NCBI GenBank assembly: GCA_019057385.1
Contig: JAHQJS010000004.1
Span: 1,234,539 to 1,298,538 of the forward strand
Direction: 5' to 3'
Origin: Candidatus Borrarchaeum weybense
GTDB taxonomy: Archaea; Asgardarchaeota; Sifarchaeia; Borrarchaeales; Borrarchaeaceae
DNA length: 64,000 nucleotides
Below the pieces are notes generated by a model. It saw nothing but the letters and a program-made list of their open reading frames with translations, had not been told where the DNA came from and ran no database searches. Shown here one piece after another: positions 51,082 to 60,533 of this stretch (positions within the stretch are counted from its first letter, which is position 1; every line of letters begins with the position of its first letter). A program made the translations under genes and the position numbers.

Positions 51082-52137
51082 CTAGTGTTTTCGATCCAAA
51101 AGAGTATCAGCTAAAGTGAAAAGTGTTTTTTTCGCATGTGAATCAGGAAAAAATTTCAGGCTATCTTTAGCCAAATTTACAAATTTAGTAACTTTATATT
51201 TTGCCACTTTAGGTGCATCAGTCATTTGAATGATATGACCTGCTTCTGTTATCTCTTCTTCGCTAATTTTATCTGTTTGGAGTATTTCTAATAATCTGCG
51301 TTTGTATGGCTCAGATAGTTGGTTTAAAGCATATAAAATTACAAAATTGCCCAACTTGTGTTCGATAATATCTTTTCTATGTTCTTTTCCAAATTGTTGA
51401 CTATTTCCAAATATATCAAGATAGTCGTCAGAAATCTGAAGAGCAATTCCCGCGTTCATTCCAAATTGCTTTGCTGCCGCAACATATTCATTATTTCCAT
51501 TTACGCAAACTACTCCTGCTTCACATGCTGCACTAACCAATGCGCCCGTTTTGTTTTTACATAAAGTAAAATAGTCATCTATGGTTGCATCTTGAAGGCG
51601 ATTTTTTATTAGATATTCATTATTTCGTCCAGTCTGTTCAAGAAGGATATCTAGTCGTTCACCAATAAGCATTCTCTGCATAGCACGAGAGAAAACCTTC
51701 TGAATTTTAGTTGGATATTCGGTTTTTTGAGCGGCTAAAACTATCGCTTCTCGATATTTCATGGCAATTAATACGGCGATAGGCATACCAAATTTGACCC
51801 ATGAAGTGGGCTGGTTTCGTCTAAGAATAGATCGATCAATAATATCATCAATTATTAGTGAATGAGTATGAATTAATTCTATTCCAGCCGCAGCATAAAT
51901 TGTAGACTCAAGTTTGCCACCTGCGGCATCACTAAAAGTCATAGTTAATAATGGGCGTAGGCGTTTCCCTCCTGTCTGAACCTGATATTTAACAGCATCA
52001 TAAAAATCTGGATTCGTTTCTTTTTGTAATAAATCTAACATAACCTCGCCAATGAGGTTTCTCCATTCCTCCATGGTATCACTCGATACTGTATCTAATA
52101 TCTCGCTATCGTTTTTTCCTTCGATTATTCCTTGCAA
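51082..52137 (-). CDS. Trans-polyprenyl diphosphate synthase
   Basis: GGKRLRP, DDIID..RR, KTG, QISDDYLD. Confidence 0.93.
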   Translation of the reverse strand: MQGIIEGKNDSEILDTVSSDTMEEWRNLIGEVMLDLLQKETNPDFYDAVKYQVQTGGKRLRPLLTMTFSDAAGGKLESTIYAAAGIELIHTHSLIIDDIIDRSILRRNQPTSWVKFGMPIAVLIAMKYREAIVLAAQKTEYPTKIQKVFSRAMQRMLIGERLDILLEQTGRNNEYLIKNRLQDATIDDYFTLCKNKTGALVSAACEAGVVCVNGNNEYVAAAKQFGMNAGIALQISDDYLDIFGNSQQFGKEHRKDIIEHKLGNFVILYALNQLSEPYKRRLLEILQTDKISEEEITEAGHIIQMTDAPKVAKYKVTKFVNLAKDSLKFFPDSHAKKTLFTLADTLLDRKH

Positions 52138-52183
52138 TGCTATCGAAACCTCTATGTTAGCCCTTATTTTAATATTATATAGT

Positions 52184-53368
52184 TTAGGACAGACTTTTTA
52201 CTTTATTTTTCAAATTTAGGTAAAAATTGAATAATCTTAGAGAAACAGGGAACTCGCAGCGGATTAGATGATCAAAATATTGTTGTGCTCGTTCATTAAA
52301 AAACGAAGAGATTGATCCATTGAGAAGCAATGAATCTGTGAATTTTCTGATTCTGAGACTATTCTTCATCCTGTTCCCAATTTCCTTTCTCCACAATCTT
52401 TCAAAGTTAGACAGTTCACTTTCACCTCGTAAATGTTTTAATATTGCTTCAGCGCCTATTCTTCCAGTAAGTAATGCACTAGGGATTCCTGCTCCGACAT
52501 GTGGCATTACGAAACCTCCCGCATCACCGATACATATCATATTCCCTCGTCTAGTTGCAGTATCCGAAAATGGTCCTTCAATTGGTACCAGCTTTGAGGA
52601 AGAACTTATGATCCGCCCTCCATCTAATAGATTTGAAGCTGTAGGATGCTCTTTAACAAACTTCCGAAAGTATTTTTTTATTTTTAAATTGTTAGTAAAA
52701 CGCTTTCGTATGCCTAAACCTACATTTGCTATGTGGTCTCCTTTAGGTATAATCCAGGCATATGCGCCTGGCGCGTATTCTTTACCAAAGTACATTTGAA
52801 CGGTGTCTGCATCAACATTTACATTGTCCATAATTGTAGTAAAGCATATAGCAAATTCATAATTTTTCCTACGAACCCCCTCAGTGAGTATTGATCTTGG
52901 ACCGTCAGCCCCAACAATCACTCGGGCTTTAACTTGCTTAATAGTGCCCATATGTTTCACATGGACGCTTCCATTTCCAGAGACACTTATAACAGGCGAA
53001 TCACATTTTATAATTGCGCCCGCATCCATCGCTCTTTCAACTAGGGCTTGGTCATATTTATCTCGAAAGACAATGTTGCTTTTAAATCTGGATTTTATCT
53101 TGTTGCCCATTGAATCGATAAGTTCTGTATATTCCGTAATATTTGCGAGCGTATTCTGGGGCGGCTCTATTAATTTTTCCGCATCTTTGGCTTTAGGAAA
53201 CAAACGACGCATTTCGGAGGGATGTGGTAACAATTCTCCACATCTAACTGGAAGTCCAATAGTTTTCTTTTTCTCAAAAAGTTGTACCTCCACATCCTTT
53301 TCAGCTAATATTCTAGAAATGGTTGCACCTGCTGGACCTCCTCCTATCACGATCACATCAGCAACCAT
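52184..53368 (-). CDS. Geranylgeranyl reductase family flavoprotein
   Basis: GGGPAG, GADG, YAWIIPKG, GDAGG..P..GAGI. Confidence 0.9.
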   Translation of the reverse strand: MVADVIVIGGGPAGATISRILAEKDVEVQLFEKKKTIGLPVRCGELLPHPSEMRRLFPKAKDAEKLIEPPQNTLANITEYTELIDSMGNKIKSRFKSNIVFRDKYDQALVERAMDAGAIIKCDSPVISVSGNGSVHVKHMGTIKQVKARVIVGADGPRSILTEGVRRKNYEFAICFTTIMDNVNVDADTVQMYFGKEYAPGAYAWIIPKGDHIANVGLGIRKRFTNNLKIKKYFRKFVKEHPTASNLLDGGRIISSSSKLVPIEGPFSDTATRRGNMICIGDAGGFVMPHVGAGIPSALLTGRIGAEAILKHLRGESELSNFERLWRKEIGNRMKNSLRIRKFTDSLLLNGSISSFFNERAQQYFDHLIRCEFPVSLRLFNFYLNLKNKVKSLS

Positions 53369-53372
53369 TCTA

Positions 53373-54320
53373 TCACAACACAATTAGAACAATGTAACGG
53401 ATTAGGAATCCTACAATGAGCAAGATTCCGGTAAATAAGTGCGTCATAACCGTCATAGCTTGCGCTGGTATTAGCTTAGGTGTATTCAGATAGTTTTTAT
53501 GGGCTATCTTCATTCCAGGGATTGCAAACAGCGGTAAAGTAATGAAACTAATAAGACAAAACAGCGGTAAGAACGAGAAAACAATACCCAAAGCTATAGC
53601 TGCATATGTGCCCAGAATCAAACCGTGATACACGCGTACCGCTGATAAGGAACGGCCGAGTCTGACAACTAAATGGTCTTTACCAACCTCTTTGTCGGCA
53701 ACATAATCGGGAAATTGATTGATCCAAATTACCGCTGTGATTAAAAATGCGACCGGAATTGATGCGATCAAAGGAACAAGCGTTATTTTCACCGTTTGTA
53801 CGTAATATGCGCCAAGGACACAAAGAGGACCGAAGTTGATACCTATAGCAACTTCTCCAAGTCCTTTAGAAGCAAGTGCTACATAAAAAAAGCCACATAA
53901 TGCGCCAATAAGTCCAAGTACAAGCAGAAACCAACCAATTACAAACGTGAAATACAGACCAATAGCGATACCTATGCCTAGCAAAATGAGTGATGCAACA
54001 AGGACATCACGAGGCTTTAGAATTCCCTCACGTAAAAAGTCGCTTCCTCCGCTGAATGGAGTAACTTCTTTGTTAATTATATCCGTACCGCTTTTAAAGT
54101 CAAAATAATCGTTGGCTATATTTGTACCTGCGTGGAGTGCGATTCCTCCAATTAACGCCAAGACAAAATAAAGTGGATAGAACGCATTTTCGTAAACAAA
54201 TGCAATAACAGATCCTAGGATTATCGGAATAATTACTGCGGTAAGGAATTTTGGTCTTGTAGCGTTAAACCAAAGTTTTATTGAGCTATATTTTATATGA
54301 GATACTTCAGTCATTCTCAT
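53373..54320 (-). CDS. menA: MenA-like UbiA prenyltransferase
   Basis: TRP, NIANDYFDFKSGTD, FSGGS, GLGE, NQFPDYVADKEVGK. Confidence 0.8.
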   Translation of the reverse strand: MRMTEVSHIKYSSIKLWFNATRPKFLTAVIIPIILGSVIAFVYENAFYPLYFVLALIGGIALHAGTNIANDYFDFKSGTDIINKEVTPFSGGSDFLREGILKPRDVLVASLILLGIGIAIGLYFTFVIGWFLLVLGLIGALCGFFYVALASKGLGEVAIGINFGPLCVLGAYYVQTVKITLVPLIASIPVAFLITAVIWINQFPDYVADKEVGKDHLVVRLGRSLSAVRVYHGLILGTYAAIALGIVFSFLPLFCLISFITLPLFAIPGMKIAHKNYLNTPKLIPAQAMTVMTHLFTGILLIVGFLIRYIVLIVL

Positions 54321-54443
54321 TACCCATTTTTTAGTTAGAACTCAGTTTATCATTAAATTTGTAATGAATTTGCCAAACTTAAGTTAAAAGCTAGTAAATG
54401 GTATAGGCATAATTGATTGTAAGTTGTATATATATTTCACAAA

Positions 54444-55796
54444 CTAGCGAACTAACAGCACTTTAGCATCGTGTTCGATTAATTTTGCACAATTACGTCC
54501 AGATCTTGCAGCACCTTCTATAGATGAATGCCAATTATCGTTATTTGCATAATTTCCAGCAATATAAAGCCCTTCAATCGGAGTTCTATTTGTATCTAGT
54601 TTTAATGACATAATCCCAGGGTATTGTGCCTCTATAGCATTCTTGATCTTCAAAACTTTCGTCCAGAGAAGATGCTTTTCAATTTCAGGAAAAAGATCTT
54701 TTAGATCCTCAATGAGAATGTCTACTATTTCCTCATCAGTCTTGTTCTGTAAAGATGGTTCAATGCAGGTTCCAGCAAGAAGGCTCTTCCCTGGAGGGGC
54801 AATAATTCCATATGGAGGCAGAATCTGCGCAACTGCAGTGATTAACTTGTTTGGTGTTAGGATCACGGATCTGTGATCTGTTAGTGACTTGTCTAGTCCG
54901 ATTTGTATTGCTAAGGCGGATGTATACTTAACTTCTTTAATTCGTTCACGGAAGTCGCTTGGGAAGTGTTTTTCAGAGACTAAATTAAATAGATTGATAA
55001 TAGGTCCTGTAAAAACGACAAAGGGCATTTCAAGAAATTCTTCAACGCCTTCACGGATATATTCAATTCCTTTTACTCGTTCATCCTCTATGACTACTCG
55101 TTTGACTGTACTATTTGTCCAAACTTCGCTCCCCATCCGTTCGCAATACCATTTCAAAGCTTTGGATATTACGCTTAGGCCAGCAGTCTCAACACCTTTT
55201 TCTGGATAATATACAGCCAAACTTTCTCTTTCTTTGACCCTCAGTTTTTCAGCATGTAGCCAAAGCCCACTAGATACTTGTTCAGGTGGTAGAAATGTTA
55301 TTGATTTGATGAGTGGGGCGTAAAAAAGTTCCAATGCTTTCTTGCTAAGATTTGTTTCACACCATGAGGCAAAATTATCCTCATCGTACTTCATAAAATA
55401 GTCTATATCGCTTTTTAAAATCCTGTTTGAATTTGTTAGAATTTTTACTCGATCGGCAAAATCGAGTAAACCAAATTTTAAAATACTAGAAATTTTTCGC
55501 TCTAATCTAAAGAATTTTTTGTTGTGATAAAATACAGCGCCTTCTCCAATATATCTCATACGAACGGCGGCCTTTTTCAGGAACGGTATAATGTATGAGT
55601 AACCTCCTAAGAAAAGGTGTAACCCTACATCATATGTATATCCCTTTTCTATAAAAGAGCGGACATGTCCACCCACTTCCGGCTCTTTTTCTAATATTAC
55701 ACTACGAGGCCTTAAGCGTTCCAATTCACAGGCACATAATAATCCAGAAATCCCCGCACCAATTATCCCTGCTTTTATTCGATGAGTTTTCAACAA
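54444..55796 (-). CDS. FAD-dependent oxidoreductase, phytoene desaturase/HpnE/amine oxidase superfamily
   Basis: GAGISGL, E....VGG, DVGLHLF, SIEGAARSG. Confidence 0.8.
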   Translation of the reverse strand: MLKTHRIKAGIIGAGISGLLCACELERLRPRSVILEKEPEVGGHVRSFIEKGYTYDVGLHLFLGGYSYIIPFLKKAAVRMRYIGEGAVFYHNKKFFRLERKISSILKFGLLDFADRVKILTNSNRILKSDIDYFMKYDEDNFASWCETNLSKKALELFYAPLIKSITFLPPEQVSSGLWLHAEKLRVKERESLAVYYPEKGVETAGLSVISKALKWYCERMGSEVWTNSTVKRVVIEDERVKGIEYIREGVEEFLEMPFVVFTGPIINLFNLVSEKHFPSDFRERIKEVKYTSALAIQIGLDKSLTDHRSVILTPNKLITAVAQILPPYGIIAPPGKSLLAGTCIEPSLQNKTDEEIVDILIEDLKDLFPEIEKHLLWTKVLKIKNAIEAQYPGIMSLKLDTNRTPIEGLYIAGNYANNDNWHSSIEGAARSGRNCAKLIEHDAKVLLVR

Positions 55797-55827
55797 AGCC
55801 CTCCTTCATATCTTTTAACGTACTTTT

Positions 55828-57009
55828 CTACAGGTCAAGTGCTTGCGCAACAATTTGAGTGATGTCAAGCATTTTTACTTTGGAATTTTTTTCTCTTATG
55901 GCTTCTTCCATATTCAAATAACATGCTGGGCATGCAGAAACGACACTATCTACTCCAAGGCTCTCAACTTCTTCAATCTTCTTCAAACCCATTTTTAAAG
56001 CGAGTTCAGGGTTTGTTATTTTTAAGACACCGCCACCACCACAGCACTTGCAATCTTGCTTTACTTTTGGAAGTTCAATAAAATCGAGATGCAGAATGCT
56101 TCGCAATATCTTTCGAGGTGCTTCATAGACACCACTTAATCTTCCTATCTCACATGGATCGTGATAAGTCGCTTTAATATCTTGAACTCTCTTAAATTTC
56201 AATTTTTTTGTATCAATTAATTCTGCAAGGTATTCTACTGCATGCTTCACTTCAAAAGGTAATTCTAGTCCTAAATGGGAATACTCTTCTTTCCAGCCTC
56301 TGTAACAGCCAGCACATGTAGTAATAAGTGTTTTAACGCCTAATTGTTCAAATTTTTTTATATTATGCTCTGCTAACTCTTTTGCAAGTGGAAATGCTCC
56401 TGATAGGAAGTATGGGCTACCACAGCACCATTCTTCTTCCCCTAATAGTGTGAAATCAATCGATAAATTATCTAAAATTTTGATAAAAGCTTCAGGGATT
56501 GACGCTAACCTCCCTGTGAAACTGCTTACACATCCTACAAAGAACCCTATCTCTGCATCACTGTTAAGATGCTCTTCTACTAGATCTTCAACCTCAAAAC
56601 TCCAAATAGTCCGATCTTCGTTTGGCATGTTATATACATTATGTTCCTCTTGCATAGATGCCTTAAGATCATGTAGAGGAGTTGGCCAGAGATTGTTTCT
56701 GAAAACCTCTGCTCTTACGGATTGCCAAAACGTGACCAAATCAATAGAAACCTGACAAACTTCTTTACAGTAGCCGCATAGACTACACTTAAAGACATTT
56801 TCTGCAAAGGTTTTGTTGATGTTATCCTTTCCTAAGAACAAATTTTTCGTAAAAAGAAGTTTACCTCTTGGACCAGCGGATTCCCATCTTGCTGTTAATT
56901 CTTTAAAGGCTGGGCAGACAGCAGAACAGTATCCGCATTGTGAACAAATAAATAATTCATCATCCATATTAAAGCGTCTAATTTCAGGTAACTTCATTGC
57001 TTTCTTCAC
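55828..57009 (-). CDS. Fe-S oxidoreductase, GlcF/HdrD-like (2x4Fe-4S + 2 CCG)
   Basis: CSQCGYC..VCP, CSLCGYC..VC, CCG, YHDPC, CCGGGG, ACPAC. Confidence 0.9.
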   Translation of the reverse strand: MKKAMKLPEIRRFNMDDELFICSQCGYCSAVCPAFKELTARWESAGPRGKLLFTKNLFLGKDNINKTFAENVFKCSLCGYCKEVCQVSIDLVTFWQSVRAEVFRNNLWPTPLHDLKASMQEEHNVYNMPNEDRTIWSFEVEDLVEEHLNSDAEIGFFVGCVSSFTGRLASIPEAFIKILDNLSIDFTLLGEEEWCCGSPYFLSGAFPLAKELAEHNIKKFEQLGVKTLITTCAGCYRGWKEEYSHLGLELPFEVKHAVEYLAELIDTKKLKFKRVQDIKATYHDPCEIGRLSGVYEAPRKILRSILHLDFIELPKVKQDCKCCGGGGVLKITNPELALKMGLKKIEEVESLGVDSVVSACPACYLNMEEAIREKNSKVKMLDITQIVAQALDL

Positions 57010-57010
57010 C

Positions 57011-58594
57011 TCAGAATAGAATTGCTGTTAAATCAATTAGTTCAATATCACAGAAAATAGAAAGAACCCAGAAAATTCCAAATGTAATGACGAAAATTAT
57101 AACAAGAAGGAAAAGAATGCCGAAGATTGGATGTCTGGTTGGTGGAAAGAATTTCCGTCCTATGCGTAGGAATGGTACTGACATCGAAAGTAAGGGCGAG
57201 AGAGGCATTCCAAAGCGAGTTGATACGTTAATTATCTTTTTTGGATTCATTATGTTATCTGGATCAAGATTTCTCTTTAGGGTTTTTATTTCTGCAAACT
57301 GTTTCTTGCCGAAAAGTTGTTCCGCAAATTTGGCAAGCCAAATTCCTATTCCGTATATTGTGCCTCCAAATTCAGTAGCAGTTGTTACAACTTCAAAAGA
57401 TCTGTAGAATCCCATAAGGAAGGAAATCTGTTTTCTTTCGTCATCCAAAAAAAAGGTCATTACAACTGCTTGACTATTGCTACTAACAATCCCTTCAATT
57501 CCCAATCGCTCGTTTTTTGATATTTTCCTCAGTCTTAGAATAAAATCTTTAAGATTTGATAACGGTACATACACCTCACTAGGCACGAGACTTGGTCCCA
57601 CTCGTTTCAAACGCATAGGATAAAAGCGTTCTCTCCATTCAGTCTCAGCTATTTCTTTATCTAATATTTTGCCCTTATTTCGCGCTACTATTTCTTTGAA
57701 GCTCATAACATTATGGCCGAGATCGGAATCCTCTTCATAGACTATCATGCTGATATAATGGTCGCTAGGTATGTTTTCTTCTTTCACGGATGTTTTGAAG
57801 TTCACATACTCTTTATCCATGAAATGAAGGTGATAAGGGGTTGTCAAATCAACTAGCTCTACCAAACAAGAAAATAACGCTTCTAATGATTCAAAAGCAG
57901 TAACAAATTTTTTTAGAGATGTTTTCGCTTTGATACGTAATTCAATCTTCGTAATTATCCCTAGAATGCCTTCGCTCTCAATGAAGTACTGCGTTACATC
58001 ATCTAAGATATCTAGTGAATGAATTCCATTAGCAGTATTTATTACCTCTCCACTAGGCAATACTATTTCCAATGACTTTACCTGAGCTTTAACATCGCCA
58101 TATTTTAAACTACCGATACCTGAACCTCCCTCTGCAACCCATCCCCCAAGGGTAGAAGATCTGGCTGAAGTGGGGTAACTACGGAGTGTAAATTTTCTTT
58201 TCTCTAAATATTCAAGCAGATCCTCCCAAATTACCCCTGATTCAACTAGAATCGTTAAATTTTTTTCATCAAACTCAAGAATTCTATTCAATCCTCTTGT
58301 ATCGATAATTATTCCTTCTGTTACTGGAATTGCACCACCATATCCTGAGGTTGCAGCTCCACGCGGAATAATTGGAATTTTATGATCTGCGCAATATTTA
58401 ATTAGCAAACTAATTTCTTCAGCAGAATTCGGTAATACTACTGCTGAAGGTTTCATTTTAAATAATAAATGTGTCATTCCAGGTAATTCGGCTATATCGC
58501 GAATATAGTGGGCCAGTTCGTATGGATCAACTGAAACTCTGTCTTCTCCAAAAATTTGTGCTAAATCAACTTCTAGTTGTTTTTTTGGAATCAA
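57011..58594 (-). CDS. FAD-binding oxidoreductase, GlcD/VAO family, with C-terminal TM helix
   Basis: PRGAATSGYGGA, STLGGW, SEGILGIIT, DPDNIMNP; lacks the EHG motif. Confidence 0.85.
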   Translation of the reverse strand: MIPKKQLEVDLAQIFGEDRVSVDPYELAHYIRDIAELPGMTHLLFKMKPSAVVLPNSAEEISLLIKYCADHKIPIIPRGAATSGYGGAIPVTEGIIIDTRGLNRILEFDEKNLTILVESGVIWEDLLEYLEKRKFTLRSYPTSARSSTLGGWVAEGGSGIGSLKYGDVKAQVKSLEIVLPSGEVINTANGIHSLDILDDVTQYFIESEGILGIITKIELRIKAKTSLKKFVTAFESLEALFSCLVELVDLTTPYHLHFMDKEYVNFKTSVKEENIPSDHYISMIVYEEDSDLGHNVMSFKEIVARNKGKILDKEIAETEWRERFYPMRLKRVGPSLVPSEVYVPLSNLKDFILRLRKISKNERLGIEGIVSSNSQAVVMTFFLDDERKQISFLMGFYRSFEVVTTATEFGGTIYGIGIWLAKFAEQLFGKKQFAEIKTLKRNLDPDNIMNPKKIINVSTRFGMPLSPLLSMSVPFLRIGRKFFPPTRHPIFGILFLLVIIFVITFGIFWVLSIFCDIELIDLTAILF

Positions 58595-58738
58595 ATGGCA
58601 ACACCTTTAATCTCTACAGATGGGGTTAAACCAAGAAAACTATATTAAAAAATTCATGGTCTTAAAAAATAAGGTGGGGAATGATATAAGGCATTGTAAA
58701 CGGCATGAGAGTTCTCTGCCATCATACTAAGCCTTTTT

Positions 58739-59209
58739 TCACTTTCTTAATAAAGTGATCAGAATATTAATCACTCCGATGATAGTGCCTAGTGCGAGCA
58801 ACCCAATGAGAATGCCGCTTGGCACTGACGACCACACTATTGTTGGATGAACCGCAGCAGGGTTTCCTTGTAATATAAGAGTTCCACCTTGAATTCCTGC
58901 TGTGAAAATCAGCAAGGGTGCAATGACACCTAAATTGTGTAAAATCAAATGTGCCAAAGAAAGCCAATCGTTAGGCTCTCCGCTAACATAATAGACAAAA
59001 GCCCAAGCGCTCAATCCAATGAATCCAGCGAGTAGATACATCGAATAGCCTACAAACACCCATGTGCCAGCACTGCCACCTGCGACCATCCGCGATAAAT
59101 CTAACCCTTCGCCACCTGGAGGAAATATAAAAAACACTGTTATGATTGCTGCGATTACGGCATGAATTAATGCGAACCATACAAATCGCTTAGCCCATTT
59201 TTCCGCCAA
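58739..59209 (-). CDS. 4-TM membrane protein with intramembrane His residues
   Basis: Four hydrophobic helices; LIHA, AHLILHN, VHP; TTG behind AGGTGA. Confidence 0.75.
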   Translation of the reverse strand: MAEKWAKRFVWFALIHAVIAAIITVFFIFPPGGEGLDLSRMVAGGSAGTWVFVGYSMYLLAGFIGLSAWAFVYYVSGEPNDWLSLAHLILHNLGVIAPLLIFTAGIQGGTLILQGNPAAVHPTIVWSSVPSGILIGLLALGTIIGVINILITLLRK

Positions 59210-59253
59210 TTTTTACTCACCTTTACTTTTTAGTAATGACACTGGAATATGAC

Positions 59254-59347
59254 TTAAGCAATGTGCTTCTTATTCTTTTGTGCTTAATTGTCGCTTTGAA
59301 AAGGTTAAAATAGTGCAAAGATTATAACTCTTTGCAAGAAAATTGCA
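59254..59347. promoter_or_regulatory. Divergent promoter with palindromic Lrp-type sites
   Basis: TGCAAAGA-TTATAAC-TCTTTGCA (59314-59336), TGCAA-N5-TTGCA (59333-59347), TTAAGCA..TGCTTAA. Confidence 0.55.
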
Positions 59348-59366
59348 CTGCGTTGTAGGGAGCAAA

Positions 59367-59996
59367 TTGAAATTTGATGATTTAGATATCAAAATCTTAT
59401 TCTATCTCACAAAAGATTCTAGGATTTCTTTTCGAAAAATTGCAGAAAAAATTGCTCATAACAACAATGAATATAAGAATATAAACTCTAGCACCGTATT
59501 TCGGCGGTTTAAACGTCTGAAAAAGTATTTGTCATTTAACACAAGATTTGAGAAAGATTTAATTTATCACTTTAACCTTATAGGTGTGGTTGTGAATATC
59601 GACGATATTATTAAAGTTATAAATGACTATAAGAATTGTCCTCGCGTAATAGAAATGTATCGGTTATCTGGAAAATTTAATCTGTTATTTAAAGGGGTTT
59701 TCGAAGACCCAATGATCTTTTCTTCATTTATTGATGAATTAAGAAGCGACCCAAGAATTAAAAGTGTTGAACTCTGCGTCAACTGTCAACAAGTTGCACC
59801 AGAGCCAATCGCAATTAAAGAAGTATTTGACGGTAATTCTAATGTTGTAGTTGCTCCTTGTGGTAGGAACTGTGATGAATGCGCTGATTATAAGGATGCG
59901 TGTCTAGGATGCCCTGCAACAAAATGGTATTGTAAGACGATCTTTCCAATTAAGGAGAAAGTCTTAAAAAACCCGACAAGAAATAGAAAAGATTGA
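59367..59996 (+). CDS. Lrp/AsnC regulator with C-terminal Cys-rich domain
   Basis: DDLDIKIL..L.KDSRISF HTH, RAM-like SGKFNL, PCGRNCDEC..CLGCP. Confidence 0.82.
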   Translation: MKFDDLDIKILFYLTKDSRISFRKIAEKIAHNNNEYKNINSSTVFRRFKRLKKYLSFNTRFEKDLIYHFNLIGVVVNIDDIIKVINDYKNCPRVIEMYRLSGKFNLLFKGVFEDPMIFSSFIDELRSDPRIKSVELCVNCQQVAPEPIAIKEVFDGNSNVVVAPCGRNCDECADYKDACLGCPATKWYCKTIFPIKEKVLKNPTRNRKD

Positions 59997-60041
59997 TCTA
60001 TGGCTTAAGGCAGTCCTCTTAAATTCAGGAGCTTTTTGTAC

Positions 60042-60371
60042 TCATGCACCGACTCGCTCTAAATATCGAGTGCAACAAGTTTCTTCATCTGATAAATGCA
60101 TGATTTCAACACATCCAAGTGGTTTTAGAACCGCGGAACAAACAAGTGGACGTTCATCGTCCAAGCTCTTACAAATAGCGATGGCTTCCATGTGATACTG
60201 GCAGAGTTGATTCCAGAGTTGAAGGATTTCAGAATCCGTCCTTGTTGTAATCACATTCCTGTTTAGACTTTTAGCACGATTTATCATTTTTTGTGAAATT
60301 TCATCTATTCTTGTTTTCAAATCATGCACTCTTTGCTCTCTTCTTCTTTTCTTATCGATTTCTTCTAGCAA
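60042..60371 (-). CDS. Hypothetical protein (coiled coil, Cys-rich tail)
   Basis: 109-aa ORF behind AGGTGA. Confidence 0.6.
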   Translation of the reverse strand: MLEEIDKKRRREQRVHDLKTRIDEISQKMINRAKSLNRNVITTRTDSEILQLWNQLCQYHMEAIAICKSLDDERPLVCSAVLKPLGCVEIMHLSDEETCCTRYLERVGA

Positions 60372-60533
60372 TGTTGTTATATTTTTTCACCTTCCCTATG
60401 ATTTTTTAAACTATCACAATAGATGATGATAGTTTTAGCAAATAAATGACATTGTCATATTTAAGAATACGTTTTGTGCATTTTGTTTTTTAGCAAAAAA
60501 AATGCGTTTTTCACAAAATTTTTCACAAAATTT

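Noticed and set aside
51082-55796. Standard carotenoid or hopanoid cluster
   Set aside because: No phytoene/squalene synthase or cyclase in the operon, and the prenyltransferase looks MenA-like.
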